NCBI GenBank assembly: GCA_964510925.1
Contig: CAZEDS010000001.1
Location: 27,704-91,703, forward strand
DNA: 64,000 nt
Direction of reading: 5' to 3'
Origin: an uncultured Candidatus Saccharibacteria bacterium
GTDB taxonomy: Bacteria > Patescibacteriota > WWE3 > 2-01-FULL-39-13
Of this stretch, positions 1 to 10,526 are shown piece by piece. Under the pieces are notes generated by a model that was not told the origin of the DNA, did not search any database, and saw only the letters and a list, made by a program, of their open reading frames with translations. The stretch's first letter is position 1. Each line of letters opens with the position of its first letter. A program made the translations under genes and the position numbers.

Positions 1-1242
1 AAATATCTCCGAATAATAAAACGAAAAATTTGGATAATATGAAAACAGCACTGCAAAATAATAAACAGACAAAACAAAAATAGATTTTTTTATTCCGACC
101 AAATCAAAAATAGACTTAAATCCAATTGCACAAATCACAGCCAGAGGTGGAAAAAACGTAATCATGTATCGATCAATCATTTTTCCAGGAATACTTAAAA
201 ACAAAAAATTAAACAAAAAATATAAAATTATCCAAGACAAAAAAAGTTGTGACCGAAAATCAATTGCCAATGACTTATTCCAATTTTTAATAAAAATAAA
301 AACTCCAACAAACATACTAAATAAAAATATCGGAGTACTTCGTAACATAAACATATAAGGATAAAAGAGATATTTGTAATTAAAATTTTCGCTAAAATCC
401 TCAAGATCACCTGAAACATCCAGCGCATTCTTAACAATCCCTTCATTATAAATTCGCTGCAAAACCGCTACTGGATCAACCCACATTGCAGGAAAAATCA
501 TATAAAAAACTATTAATGGAATAAAAGCATAAACCAAACATTTTTTAAAAATTGATAAAGTTATAATTTTTTTAGTTCTAAAGGCTAGTACAAAGTACAA
601 AAGTGAAAGATTAAAAATATATGCTCCGATTGAATCAATCTTTGTTAAAAATGCAAAACCAATCAATATAGATGAAAAAGCTAACAACTTAGTATTCTTT
701 GCACCATGAATTAAATAATCAGCAATAGCTAAAAATGAAGCATACATCAACATACTATTTATACCAGTTAGATGTAAAAATCGAGTTACACCTAAAAAAA
801 ACGGTTCAATCGATAATAAAATTATAAAAATAAAAGCAATTTTACTTGATAAGTTTTTCCTTATTACATAAAAGCAATAAGTCCCTAATAAGCTAATCAA
901 AAATACCAAAGGAAATATCGTCGCAAAATTTAATCGTGGAAATTGCGGTTGCACAAATCTCGGATTATACCCAAAAACAAATTCAAAAATAATCTGAAAA
1001 AAATAACTAGCAAATCCACTTACCCACATCATCAAAACCCCTGGATGATATTTTTGATATGTATCAAGATATTGCCCAGAACTTATTGCAATAACAAATC
1101 GATCTAATCGTGGATACCACAAAGTTGAATCGTAATTCGCAAGATCTCCGCCTAAACCAATTATCCTTGGTATAAAAAATACCAAAAATGCAATGAAATA
1201 AATTAAATATTTTTGATTAATTCTTAAAATCTTTATATTCAT
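1..1242 (-). CDS. Membrane glycosyltransferase, GT39/ArnT-PMT-like (truncated at window edge)
   Basis: Not in ORF track. Reads MNIKILRINQKYLIYFIAFLVFFIPRIIGLGGDLANYDSTLWYPR...HPGV...EPFFLGVTRFLHLTG...FPAMWVDP; clear paralogue of 1217..2794. Confidence 0.8.
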   Translation of the reverse strand, partial: MNIKILRINQKYLIYFIAFLVFFIPRIIGLGGDLANYDSTLWYPRLDRFVIAISSGQYLDTYQKYHPGVLMMWVSGFASYFFQIIFEFVFGYNPRFVQPQFPRLNFATIFPLVFLISLLGTYCFYVIRKNLSSKIAFIFIILLSIEPFFLGVTRFLHLTGINSMLMYASFLAIADYLIHGAKNTKLLAFSSILIGFAFLTKIDSIGAYIFNLSLLYFVLAFRTKKIITLSIFKKCLVYAFIPLIVFYMIFPAMWVDPVAVLQRIYNEGIVKNALDVSGDLEDFSENFNYKYLFYPYMFMLRSTPIFLFSMFVGVFIFIKNWNKSLAIDFRSQLFLSWIILYFLFNFLFLSIPGKMIDRYMITFFPPLAVICAIGFKSIFDLVGIKKSIFVLSVYYFAVLFSYYPNFSFYYSEIF

Positions 1243-2794
1243 TATTAATGCCTTCACATTTGTAAATCTTCACTATTGGGTAATCAAAAGGAAATTTTGG
1301 TGAAGAAATCTTTTCAAGAACACACGTTTTAGGAACAATATGATCCAACGATGGCCTAGCAACAATATAGTCAACATTTGCACCATTTGGTAAAAACTTC
1401 GGATTAGAATAAGTTTTTCCATAAAAAAATTTCCCGAAAGTATTCATCTGTTCACGATGCGACAAAACAACATTTAAATCAGCCGCTGAATTTTTTTTGT
1501 TTAGATATTCAGCAGCTTGGGCATAATATTCACCTCTATTTTTTACATCATATCCAAAGGCAGAAAAGCCCTTTGCACCTAGAATCGCATCAGAATAATA
1601 AAATGAATACACAGGATAATAACAATACAAAATAATAATGGTTTGTAAGATAAAAATTATTATGTGCGCTTTTTTTAACAATTCGGATTTAACATTCGAT
1701 AAAAAAAGCGCACACAACAAACACAACGATGGATAAAAATAAATAACATATCTATCAATCATTTTTCCTGGAGCTGTAAGCATTATCAGAAGCAATCCGA
1801 AATATATCCAATTATATAATTCAAGATTATCTTTAAATGATTTTTTATAACGAACAAAAAAAGCTATAAATGAAAAAGCTGAAACAACAACTAAAAAAAC
1901 AGAACTCCTAAAAAATATAAATGATGGATAAAATAACAAACCAAAATTAAAATTTGGAGCATCTCCCGCATCTTGTGTTGCTGTATCAAAAAAACCTTCA
2001 TCAATAATTCGTTTTGTAATTCCATACGGATCAACCCACATTGCAGGAAAAACCAAAACAAACACGCCAAACGAAATCAAAACATAAAACAAAATCTGCT
2101 TAATAAGCAAAAATAGTTTCTTTATCCATGGCTCGTCAATAAACGCTGTACGATACATCAAAAAAACAATGCTTACAATACCAGAAAGCACACCATCAAT
2201 TCTTGTTAAAACTGCTAGTCCACAAAAAATTGCCGACAATAAAAAATACTTAAATGCATCTTTTTTTTCATCCGCTAATTTTATGTAATATAAAATACTG
2301 AGAACAGATGCAAACATAAACATGGTTGTAAGAGCGGTCAAATGCAAAAATCTTGAAACACCCAAAAAGAATGGCTCAAAAGACAAAAGCACAACAAACC
2401 ACCATGCAACTTTATTATTTCTAAGATTTTTAATAAGAAAAAATTGATATGTTCCTAAAAGTGAAATAACAAAAACAAGCGGAAACACCGATACAAAGTT
2501 TATTTTAATAAATTGTTCTGCTAAATAATGTGGATCATAATGATATACAAATTTAAACATTGATTCAAAAGCGTATTTAGATAAGCCTGCGAGCCACATA
2601 ACTGTAACACCCGGATGATAATGCTCATAAGTTTTAATATAGTCACCTTTCAAAAATTCTTTAATAAAGTCATCTATTCTAGGATGCCAATAATAAGCTC
2701 CATCATAATTATTAATATCTCCACCTAAACCAATAACTCTTGGGATCAAAAATATTAAAAATACAAAAATATAAGGAGAAAATCTCTTAAGCAC
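1217..2794 (-). CDS. Membrane glycosyltransferase, GT39/ArnT-PMT-like
   Basis: Multi-TM protein with HPGV, EPFF..SR.LH and K.DRY motifs typical of GT-C enzymes. Confidence 0.8.
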   Translation of the reverse strand: MLKRFSPYIFVFLIFLIPRVIGLGGDINNYDGAYYWHPRIDDFIKEFLKGDYIKTYEHYHPGVTVMWLAGLSKYAFESMFKFVYHYDPHYLAEQFIKINFVSVFPLVFVISLLGTYQFFLIKNLRNNKVAWWFVVLLSFEPFFLGVSRFLHLTALTTMFMFASVLSILYYIKLADEKKDAFKYFLLSAIFCGLAVLTRIDGVLSGIVSIVFLMYRTAFIDEPWIKKLFLLIKQILFYVLISFGVFVLVFPAMWVDPYGITKRIIDEGFFDTATQDAGDAPNFNFGLLFYPSFIFFRSSVFLVVVSAFSFIAFFVRYKKSFKDNLELYNWIYFGLLLIMLTAPGKMIDRYVIYFYPSLCLLCALFLSNVKSELLKKAHIIIFILQTIIILYCYYPVYSFYYSDAILGAKGFSAFGYDVKNRGEYYAQAAEYLNKKNSAADLNVVLSHREQMNTFGKFFYGKTYSNPKFLPNGANVDYIVARPSLDHIVPKTCVLEKISSPKFPFDYPIVKIYKCEGINNEYKDFKN

Positions 2795-2837
2795 ACAACA
2801 ATTGTATCAATAATATAGGTAATTATAATAATTAAGC

Positions 2838-4028
2838 CTAAGCCTTAAGTTTAAAAAGCTTTGTAGATTCAGCAGATTTAATCCACGAAAACCAATATTC
2901 AAATGAAAAATCATCGATATTTTGACCATTAAATGAAATATCAATAAAACCGTCTTCATTACGAACCACCAAAGTATTTCCATTGGAGTCAATAAAATTA
3001 ACACTTTTTCCTAAAACCAAATCATCTGCTAAAAGACCATATTTTATACCCTGATTCTCAAAAGAAATAATACTTTTTTTAGCTGGGTAATCAGGTTGGT
3101 CATAACTTAAACCAAATTCCGAATAAACCTCATCAGAACTTTCATACTCTTTATATGGATTATTCTTATAATCACGAACATATCCTGTATCCGTTGTTAA
3201 CACCATCAAAGACGGTGCTCTTTTTTGAGCTTGAGAAAAAGTCATCAACTGAAAAGATAATGGTTCTAATTTACTCGCCACATTTGCTCCAACAATCGAT
3301 GTTCGTTCAACTTGTGACCAAAGAGATTCAGTTTCAACATCATAAAGAACTAAATTCGATTTATATAAAAGTCCGCTAACACCAAAAGTAATCATCCCAG
3401 AAGGAGTATCATTCGAATTCCTAGAAAAAACCAACGTAGTCCCAGTTAATGGACAATAAGTTACAGCAAAAGGACTCGCACCAATATTATCGTTTACAAC
3501 TTCGTGCCAAACCAAAATATTTAATGGATAAAATTTTGCTATATTTCCAATCTGAACAAAAACTCCTTTATCAGAATCAGTAAGCTCAAATTTATTAATC
3601 GAATTAGCCAAAACAAATTTAGGATTCTTAATTGCAGGAATCGCATCACGCGATGGACCGGCACTATATATTGTATCGAGATTTATTTGCGATTTAGAAA
3701 AATCAGTTTTTGGCCACATAGACTGAATATCCACTTTTTGGGTAGCTGTTTCTTTGTCTTCTATATCAAGCTGATTTTGTTCGAAATTGTATGCTCGACC
3801 CGTATAAATTGCTTTACGTGAATATATTTCAACAATCAAAAAGAATACTAAAATTCCTGCTATTACAATAAAAAGCCATAAAAATAAATTGTAAGCTCTA
3901 AAGAACAATGAGTTTTTTATATTACTAATTAATTCAGACTCATTAGTATCATTAATATTAAGCGATTTTACGCTAGAATTTGAAGCTGATTGAGTTGTTA
4001 ATATAGTCACGGCAGATTTCTTATTCAC
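2838..4028 (-). CDS. DUF3179 domain protein, membrane anchored
   Basis: GPSRDAIPAI, WHEVVND, TYCPLTG, FGVSGLLY.SNL, ETESLWSQ, YWFSW motifs; GTG start chosen 6 nt after a TATATT box (ORF extends to 4064). Confidence 0.85.
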   Translation of the reverse strand: MNKKSAVTILTTQSASNSSVKSLNINDTNESELISNIKNSLFFRAYNLFLWLFIVIAGILVFFLIVEIYSRKAIYTGRAYNFEQNQLDIEDKETATQKVDIQSMWPKTDFSKSQINLDTIYSAGPSRDAIPAIKNPKFVLANSINKFELTDSDKGVFVQIGNIAKFYPLNILVWHEVVNDNIGASPFAVTYCPLTGTTLVFSRNSNDTPSGMITFGVSGLLYKSNLVLYDVETESLWSQVERTSIVGANVASKLEPLSFQLMTFSQAQKRAPSLMVLTTDTGYVRDYKNNPYKEYESSDEVYSEFGLSYDQPDYPAKKSIISFENQGIKYGLLADDLVLGKSVNFIDSNGNTLVVRNEDGFIDISFNGQNIDDFSFEYWFSWIKSAESTKLFKLKA

Positions 4029-4107
4029 ACATCTAATATACCAAAATTTAAAAGAATTAGACAAAGATTATGATTTAAAACAGTGTCTGTTGTATAGTTA
4101 GTTTTAA

Positions 4108-5283
4108 ATGCAAAAAAACAATCACCCAACACAAATATTAATCATTGGAGGAGGATTCGCAGGACTAAATGCTTATACGCTCCTACAAAAAAATAATAAA
4201 GATCAGAAGCTATGTATTAAATTAATTTCTGAAAAAGATTATTTTTTGTTTACACCGCTACTACATGAAATCGCATCTAATAATTTATCCTACAAAAGCA
4301 TACAACAGCAGTTATCGGACGTAGTTAACTGCAATGATTTTATAAAGGCTAAAATCGAATACATAAATACAAAAGATAACGTAATTATTGATTCCAACCA
4401 AACCAAATACAATTTTGAATATTTAATTCTTGCAACCGGGGCAATTACAAATTATTTCAATACAATAGGAGCAAAAGAATTCACAATTCCACTAAAAACA
4501 TTCTCAGATGCTATAAAAATCTCAAAAGCACTTAATGATTTATGTTTACAGAATAAACAAATTAAAATTGCATTAATAGGGGCCGGTCCAACATCAATAG
4601 AACTTGCAACTGAAATCTCCAGTTATTTTAAAAAGAAAAATTTTCTAAATGGGCAAATCACAATAATCAATAAAGGGTCAATGCCCGTAGAAACCTTCCC
4701 TGAATTTATTCAAGCTGAAACAAAAAATGTTTTAGAAAAAAAACACATACGCGTAATAAATAATTGCATAGTATCCAAAATTGAAGATAAAAAAATCTTT
4801 ACATCAAATAATGAACAAATCGATTTTGATTTAGCAATTTGGACTGCCGGTGTAACGCCAAATTATCCGCAATTTGATATCACTTTAAAAACAGATATGC
4901 AAAAACGAATTATTACAAATCAATACCTTCAGCTTGAACAAGCAAATAATATTTATATAAACGGTGATATTTCTTCAATACAAATGCCAAACGAAACGAA
5001 ATCAGTGCCGATGCTAGCACAAGCCGCAGTACAAGAAGCCAAAATAACAGCACATAATATAATTCAACAAATCAACCAAAAACCATTAAGCCCATTCAAA
5101 TACGAATCAAAAGGATTATTAATTTCATTAGGCAAATACTCAGCGGCTGGTCAAATAGGAAATATCAAAATCACAGGATTCTTTGCTTGGATTATTTGGA
5201 GAACGATTTATCTTTTCAATTTTAAGTCTTGGAAAAAAAGATTTTCGATTGCTTACGAGTGGTCTATAAATTTATTTGAATAA
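4108..5283 (+). CDS. ndh: Type II NADH dehydrogenase / FAD-dependent oxidoreductase
   Basis: GGGFAG and GAGPT Rossmann motifs, FTPLLHE, WTAG, AQAAVQ, GFFAW..WR.IYL. Confidence 0.85.
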   Translation: MQKNNHPTQILIIGGGFAGLNAYTLLQKNNKDQKLCIKLISEKDYFLFTPLLHEIASNNLSYKSIQQQLSDVVNCNDFIKAKIEYINTKDNVIIDSNQTKYNFEYLILATGAITNYFNTIGAKEFTIPLKTFSDAIKISKALNDLCLQNKQIKIALIGAGPTSIELATEISSYFKKKNFLNGQITIINKGSMPVETFPEFIQAETKNVLEKKHIRVINNCIVSKIEDKKIFTSNNEQIDFDLAIWTAGVTPNYPQFDITLKTDMQKRIITNQYLQLEQANNIYINGDISSIQMPNETKSVPMLAQAAVQEAKITAHNIIQQINQKPLSPFKYESKGLLISLGKYSAAGQIGNIKITGFFAWIIWRTIYLFNFKSWKKRFSIAYEWSINLFE

Positions 5284-5287
5284 AATA

Positions 5288-5449
5288 TTAGCCAACAAAT
5301 CCATAGCTATCATCAGAATCATCGGACTGTACATCTGAACCAGTCATAATTTCGGCATCTGATCCCCCCACGCTACAAGTATCAAGATCTACAGAATCAT
5401 TAGTATTGGACTCATCATCAATTGGTGGCATTTCTTCAAATTCGGTCAT
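5288..5449 (-). CDS. 53-aa very acidic small protein
   Basis: Open frame MTEFEEMPPIDDESNTNDSVDLDTCSVGGSDAEIMTGSDVQSDDSDDSYGFVG, below ORF-track cutoff; fills the intergenic gap. Confidence 0.55.
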   Translation of the reverse strand: MTEFEEMPPIDDESNTNDSVDLDTCSVGGSDAEIMTGSDVQSDDSDDSYGFVG

Positions 5450-5515
5450 AATTGCCCTACTTTAAAATTTATCAAATGACTTTCGACAATTAACAATTAA
5501 TTTTTTAATTTCATA

Positions 5516-6421
5516 TTAAAACTCATCATTTGCATAATCAGATAATTGATAAATAAAACCATTCTCAGCCCTTGTAAAATATTTCCCTTTTTCAAATTTA
5601 TAAATGGGCCTACCCATTATTGTATCGATTTGTTCCTGATCTTTAAATATATCTTTAAAAGGGGCTGCATAATACTCAATCTCATATTCTTTTTTAGTAT
5701 CTGAAAGAACACGAAGAGTTCCACCAGCACCAGTTGCATTCGCAGAAAGATATTCATCAAAATAGGTGTTCTTCCAAACGCCTATACCCTCACCATCCAT
5801 ATGGAATAAATTCCAGATTGTTGTTTCTGAATATTGATCTGCATGAATCAATGGCTTTTTAAGTTGATATTCATCATCCGTATTACCTGTAAAACTTGAA
5901 AGATCAACTACGGCCATAGACAATTGATCCTTACTTAAAAGAAAGGTAATGGTTTCAGGTTCATTCTCCAGATTTTGGTTGTCTATTTTTATTACAGGTC
6001 TCACAGCTGATACTACATGCCAACCACTAAAGTCCTTAGTCGTATCAATTTTAAGATCCACCGTATTAACTACATCACCTTGATAATAAAATTTAGCATC
6101 TGAATATTGTGGATAATTTTTCAACAATATATCTATAGGCCTAGAAATATCCTGTAATTCATTATTATATGCAACTTCCAAGTTAACCTGATCTTCGTAT
6201 TTGTAACCAACCTTTATAATATTATTTGAAAGTTGAAACTCCTTTAACACTTTCTCATTGTTTTTTTGTATATTAAGTTTATCCTTAGGCTCTTTATTAT
6301 TGATAACCTGTGTCGCACTCGGATCTTTATCTTCTGTTTTAGATATAAACCTATAAGCAGTTATACTAGAGACAAGAACAACTACAAAAACAATTATTAA
6401 AATATAATTTTTATTATTCAT
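5516..6421 (-). CDS. Hypothetical protein with N-terminal membrane anchor
   Basis: Long ORF with a single N-terminal hydrophobic helix; TACAAT 6 nt before ATG. Confidence 0.7.
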   Translation of the reverse strand: MNNKNYILIIVFVVVLVSSITAYRFISKTEDKDPSATQVINNKEPKDKLNIQKNNEKVLKEFQLSNNIIKVGYKYEDQVNLEVAYNNELQDISRPIDILLKNYPQYSDAKFYYQGDVVNTVDLKIDTTKDFSGWHVVSAVRPVIKIDNQNLENEPETITFLLSKDQLSMAVVDLSSFTGNTDDEYQLKKPLIHADQYSETTIWNLFHMDGEGIGVWKNTYFDEYLSANATGAGGTLRVLSDTKKEYEIEYYAAPFKDIFKDQEQIDTIMGRPIYKFEKGKYFTRAENGFIYQLSDYANDEF

Positions 6422-6482
6422 AATCCAATTGTACATACAAGCTATTATCGATACAACAACATGCGAAAACCTTTTATTTTCA

Positions 6483-7925
6483 TCAAACCTCAGATAATCG
6501 CCCTGCTTTCAAATTCAAAATTTTAGTAATACCTACACGTTCAACGAAAAATCTATCATGTGAAATTAAAAATAGTGTTCCATTAAAATTACGAAGACTT
6601 TCTTCAATAACTTCAGTTGTCTCAATATCTAAATGATTCGTTGGCTCATCTAAAATTAAGAGATCATAATCATTATAGGCAAAAATTGAAAATGCAAATC
6701 TAGCACGTTGTCCAGGACTCAAATGTCGAATTAACTTTCCTAAATCTTCTTTTAAAAATAAAAATCTTTTTAAATATCCAAAAGCCTTTCCATATTCACA
6801 TCCGGTTAATTCTATAAAATGTTCAAGAAGATTTTTAGAATGATCCAGCTGATCTAATCTCTGTGCAAAATAACCAACTTTAATATTGGGTCCAATAAAA
6901 ATACTTCCGGAAGTTAATGTTTCTATATCTTGAATGATTTTAACTAAGGTAGATTTTCCAGCACCATTTGGCCCAAACAGCCAAACTCGTTCCTTGCCAT
7001 ATACATCAAAAGATAGATCTTCAAATATTTTTTTCGTACCAAAATATTTTGAAGCGTTTAAAAATTTGATTACTAATTTATGCTTACTCAATTCAGTTTC
7101 AAAATTAACATCTGCAATTTTTTTGCTCTCGTATTTTTCTTTTGAATTACTTGTGACTTCACGTTCAATTCTTTTTTTAGCACTACTAACTGCTCTTCCT
7201 CGTTTTTTACCATCCTTTATTTTGTGTACATTTTCTAAAAGTTTTTCAAGTTGAGATTTCTTTTTTAAAAATTGAATATATTCTTGATCCCATTTATCGA
7301 TTAGCTTAAGTTTTTCTTCCCTATAAAAATCATAGTTCCCAGCGAAACGAATCAATTTTTTATTTTCAATCTCCCAAATTTCATCAACCGTGTTATTTAA
7401 AAATTCTCTATCATGTGAAATCATCGCAACTGTTTTTGGCAAGTGTTTTATATATTTTTCAAACCACATAATGCCTTCAATATCTAAATGATTAGTTGGT
7501 TCATCAATCAATAAAATAGTCGGATCCTCAAAAAGGATTTCAATCATCTTAAGCTTCATCTTTTGACCTTCGCTTAAAGTCTTTATTTCTTGATATGGAT
7601 CATAATTTTCAAATTTTAGCTGATTTAATAAAAGCTCAATCTTATAACTTTCCCAAGATTCCTCTAATAAGCCCTCTAAATATTCACCTACCATTTGATC
7701 AGGAAAGCTAAATTCTTGTGGTAAATATCCAATACGCTCGGACTCATAATTTATATTTCCAGCGGTAAGCTCTTCTATTCCAACAATTAGCTTTAACAAA
7801 GTTGTCTTTCCACAGCCATTTTTTCCAACAATCCCAATTTTGTGATTATTACCAAGTGCAAACTCCAATCCCTCAATAACAGGATCTCCAACAAATGCCT
7901 TAGTAATGTTTCTACCAGTAATCAT
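6483..7925 (-). CDS. ABC-F family ATPase (ribosome-associated)
   Basis: Two NBDs (GKNGCGKT, LSEGQ, DEPTNHLD; GPNGAGKS, LSPGQ, DEPTNHLD), GNY linker, no TM. Confidence 0.92.
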   Translation of the reverse strand: MITGRNITKAFVGDPVIEGLEFALGNNHKIGIVGKNGCGKTTLLKLIVGIEELTAGNINYESERIGYLPQEFSFPDQMVGEYLEGLLEESWESYKIELLLNQLKFENYDPYQEIKTLSEGQKMKLKMIEILFEDPTILLIDEPTNHLDIEGIMWFEKYIKHLPKTVAMISHDREFLNNTVDEIWEIENKKLIRFAGNYDFYREEKLKLIDKWDQEYIQFLKKKSQLEKLLENVHKIKDGKKRGRAVSSAKKRIEREVTSNSKEKYESKKIADVNFETELSKHKLVIKFLNASKYFGTKKIFEDLSFDVYGKERVWLFGPNGAGKSTLVKIIQDIETLTSGSIFIGPNIKVGYFAQRLDQLDHSKNLLEHFIELTGCEYGKAFGYLKRFLFLKEDLGKLIRHLSPGQRARFAFSIFAYNDYDLLILDEPTNHLDIETTEVIEESLRNFNGTLFLISHDRFFVERVGITKILNLKAGRLSEV

Positions 7926-8009
7926 GCGCATATTATACTAAAATTAACGTTTCAGCCTATTTTTCTGCTAGGTTTGACAAACAGAACTAATTTAGAGACG
8001 ATTTATTTA

Positions 8010-9173
8010 ATGCAAAAAACAAAAGGTAAAAACTCAGGTCAAAAACTTTATGAAAGAAAAGATCTATTAACCCCTAATTTACTTTTATTTTCATTGTTTG
8101 CCTTAGGAATTACAACCTATGTTACATATGCAGCCGCATCTAGTTTTGTACCAAAAGTTACAGATGACTTTAAACACTTAGGACTGGTATTAGGTGATGA
8201 TGATGAAGACGACGATGATGACAAAGACGAGGACAAAGATGACGACAGAGATGATGATAAGAACGACGACAAAGACGAAGAAGATGATGATGACAAATCC
8301 GAGAAAGAAAATGAAAAACGAAAAGAAGAAGCCAAAAAAGAAGCAACCCGTAAAATTTACGAAAAGCGAAAAGCCGAAAGAAAAATAGAAACAAATAAAC
8401 AAAAAACAACAGAAAGAGTCACTAATGTTGATGGCACTTACTCAATAATCGAAAAAGAAATAGAAGGCACTGAAACAAAATACAAAGTCAAAACTTATGA
8501 TGCAAACAATAATTTGATTGGAAAAGGTGAAACAGAAACCAAAGATGGCGAGACAAAATCAGAATCAAAAACATACGATACAAATGGCAACACCCTAACC
8601 GAAGTTAAACTCGAAAGCAAAGATGGTAAAAAATTAGAACTTAAAACCAAACAAAACGGAACCGAATCCAAGGTTAAATTCGATGCTGAAAAACAAGAAT
8701 TAGAGATCGAAACAGAGGACAACGAAATAGATGATGATACTAACGAAATTAACGAAACTGAAAACACAGAATCTAAACTTAAGATTAAAGTTGTCGGCGA
8801 CTCATTTGAAATTTCACGAAAAGGAATAAACGCACAATCTAAATTCCCTCTCGTTGTTGATGAAACAACCGGTGCTATATTTGTAAAAACACCAAATGGT
8901 GAAGTTCAACTAAAAGCAATGCCTGACACAATCGTTGAAAAAGCCAAAGCAGCTAGCAACTTAGACACAATAGACACAGTAGAATTAAATGACTCAGCCG
9001 ATGAAGCCGACGATACAATTGAGTTCACATTAACAGGTACAAAATCTCAAAATTTATTAGGAGTTTTTGAGATGCAAATACCAACAACTGTTACATATGA
9101 TGCGAACACCGGTGAATTCATAAAAAGCGACCAAACACTTACGAATAGGATTATCGACCTATTCAGCTTTTAA
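8010..9173 (+). CDS. Secreted/anchored hypothetical protein with Asp-rich tract
   Basis: ATG at 8010 in the 7842 ORF; TM helix, then D/E/K-rich low-complexity region. Confidence 0.75.
   Translation: MQKTKGKNSGQKLYERKDLLTPNLLLFSLFALGITTYVTYAAASSFVPKVTDDFKHLGLVLGDDDEDDDDDKDEDKDDDRDDDKNDDKDEEDDDDKSEKENEKRKEEAKKEATRKIYEKRKAERKIETNKQKTTERVTNVDGTYSIIEKEIEGTETKYKVKTYDANNNLIGKGETETKDGETKSESKTYDTNGNTLTEVKLESKDGKKLELKTKQNGTESKVKFDAEKQELEIETEDNEIDDDTNEINETENTESKLKIKVVGDSFEISRKGINAQSKFPLVVDETTGAIFVKTPNGEVQLKAMPDTIVEKAKAASNLDTIDTVELNDSADEADDTIEFTLTGTKSQNLLGVFEMQIPTTVTYDANTGEFIKSDQTLTNRIIDLFSF
8195..8295 (+). repeat. GAY/GAR low-complexity coding repeat (poly-Asp)
   Basis: gatgatgatgaagacgacgatgatgacaaagac... 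encoding DDDEDDDDDKDEDKDDDRDDDK. Confidence 0.7.
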
Positions 9174-9243
9174 TCAATCCAGCCAAATCACTTAAAAATC
9201 TTTATCCATTCGTAGGCTACGCCTTATCACTCACCCTATAGCA

Positions 9244-9272
9244 TTGACAAAAAGGCCTTCCTGACATATAAT
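9244..9272 (+). promoter_or_regulatory. Consensus sigma70 promoter
   Basis: TTGACA(9244-9249)-17 bp-TATAAT(9267-9272), perfect consensus, upstream of 9359. Confidence 0.85.
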
Positions 9273-9358
9273 CACCTGTTTTTAGAGATAGGAATACTTA
9301 GATTTGAGCCAAAAGCTTAAATCAAACAGTAGTAACTAATTTAAAGAAAGGACAGGGC

Positions 9359-10420
9359 ATGACTTATAGTAAAGCATTTAGATGGATAGTATCTCTATCT
9401 ATCGCAACTCAATTTATTTCACATTCAAGCACAGCTTATGCTTGGGCAACACAACAAAGTACTGCGTCTATATGCGAATCAAATATCGCAAAAATTGCAG
9501 TATCCTTTAAAAATACTGAATACGTAAGCGAGGAGATCAAAACGAATTATTGGTCAATGAACGTTATTGCTACAGACCAAAACACAAACAAATCAATAGA
9601 TTTAGGAACTGTAAAACCAGGTGAGACAAAAACAGGAATAATCAGCACACAAAGTCAATCAACAAGCGCAGGTAACATTAAATTTGACCTAACATGGACA
9701 GATGGCAGAAAAGGAATTGATAGTAGAACATCAGCATATTCAGCAAAAGAATGTGTAGTAGTTACACCAACACCTACTCCTACACCTACAGCGACACCTA
9801 CTCCTAAGCCAACATCAGAAGTTAGACCAAACGAAGATACTGTCGCAATAAATAATGAAACAGCTGATACAACTACAACGGTAGTAGATGCACAATCAAG
9901 CGCATCACAACCTAAAAGTGAAGAATCAAAAGAAAAGAAGCTTTCTATAAGCAAACAAGTACAAGATGCAAATGGAAACTTTGTAGAAAAAATTGAAAAT
10001 ATTTCTAAAGGGCAAACAATCGTTTTTAAAATAAAAGTTAAAAACAACGGAAAAACAGATGTCTCAAATGTCGAAGTAATCGATGAACTACCAAATGCAT
10101 TTGAAAAAATCTCAGGAGAATTATCAAAAGATCTTGGAAATTTAGAAAAAGGAGATAGCTACTCATATTATATCGAAGCAAGAATTAAATCAGGCTACGA
10201 TGTAACCGGAAAATGCATAACAAACGAAGCAAAAGTTGAATACAAAAGTAATGGAAAAACACACAAAGCAGATGACGATGATGCTACCGTATGTTTTATG
10301 GCAAAAGATCCAATAATGGTTTTGCCAAAAACAGGAGATAACGGATATATGAACTTAGTAATAATATTCGCTTCAGCAGGTATGATTACATTTGGACTTG
10401 GTTTAAGAAAAATAGATTAA
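9359..10420 (+). CDS. Surface protein: signal peptide, PT linker, DUF11-like Ig domain, LPKTG + TM tail
   Basis: TPTPTPTPTATPTP; LSISK..G.TI.F.I.VKN.G..V.V.D.LP; C-terminal LPKTG, hydrophobic helix, RK. Confidence 0.8.
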   Translation: MTYSKAFRWIVSLSIATQFISHSSTAYAWATQQSTASICESNIAKIAVSFKNTEYVSEEIKTNYWSMNVIATDQNTNKSIDLGTVKPGETKTGIISTQSQSTSAGNIKFDLTWTDGRKGIDSRTSAYSAKECVVVTPTPTPTPTATPTPKPTSEVRPNEDTVAINNETADTTTTVVDAQSSASQPKSEESKEKKLSISKQVQDANGNFVEKIENISKGQTIVFKIKVKNNGKTDVSNVEVIDELPNAFEKISGELSKDLGNLEKGDSYSYYIEARIKSGYDVTGKCITNEAKVEYKSNGKTHKADDDDATVCFMAKDPIMVLPKTGDNGYMNLVIIFASAGMITFGLGLRKID

Positions 10421-10444
10421 AAATTCGTTAGGTATATAAATTCC

Positions 10445-10474
10445 AAAAAAGGCGATCGAAAGACCGCCTTTTTT
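10445..10474 (+). terminator. Intrinsic terminator
   Basis: aaaaaa ggcgatc gaaa gaccgcc tttttt. Confidence 0.8.
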
Positions 10475-10526
10475 GTTTTACAAAAGCACATATCACAATA
10501 AACAAATTATGGTTATTATAGTAGGA

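Noticed and set aside
6483-7925. Antibiotic-resistance ABC-F
   Set aside because: Subfamily cannot be judged by eye and there is no attenuator leader; more likely housekeeping
8117-8767. Several antisense and alternate-frame ORFs
   Set aside because: Shadows of the low-complexity Asp-rich gene; the same applies to antisense ORFs in rpoD, pnp, groEL, prgI and dnaN
9303-9316. tttgagccaaaagc identical to part of the family-2 unit
   Set aside because: Flanks do not align; it forms an independent leader hairpin
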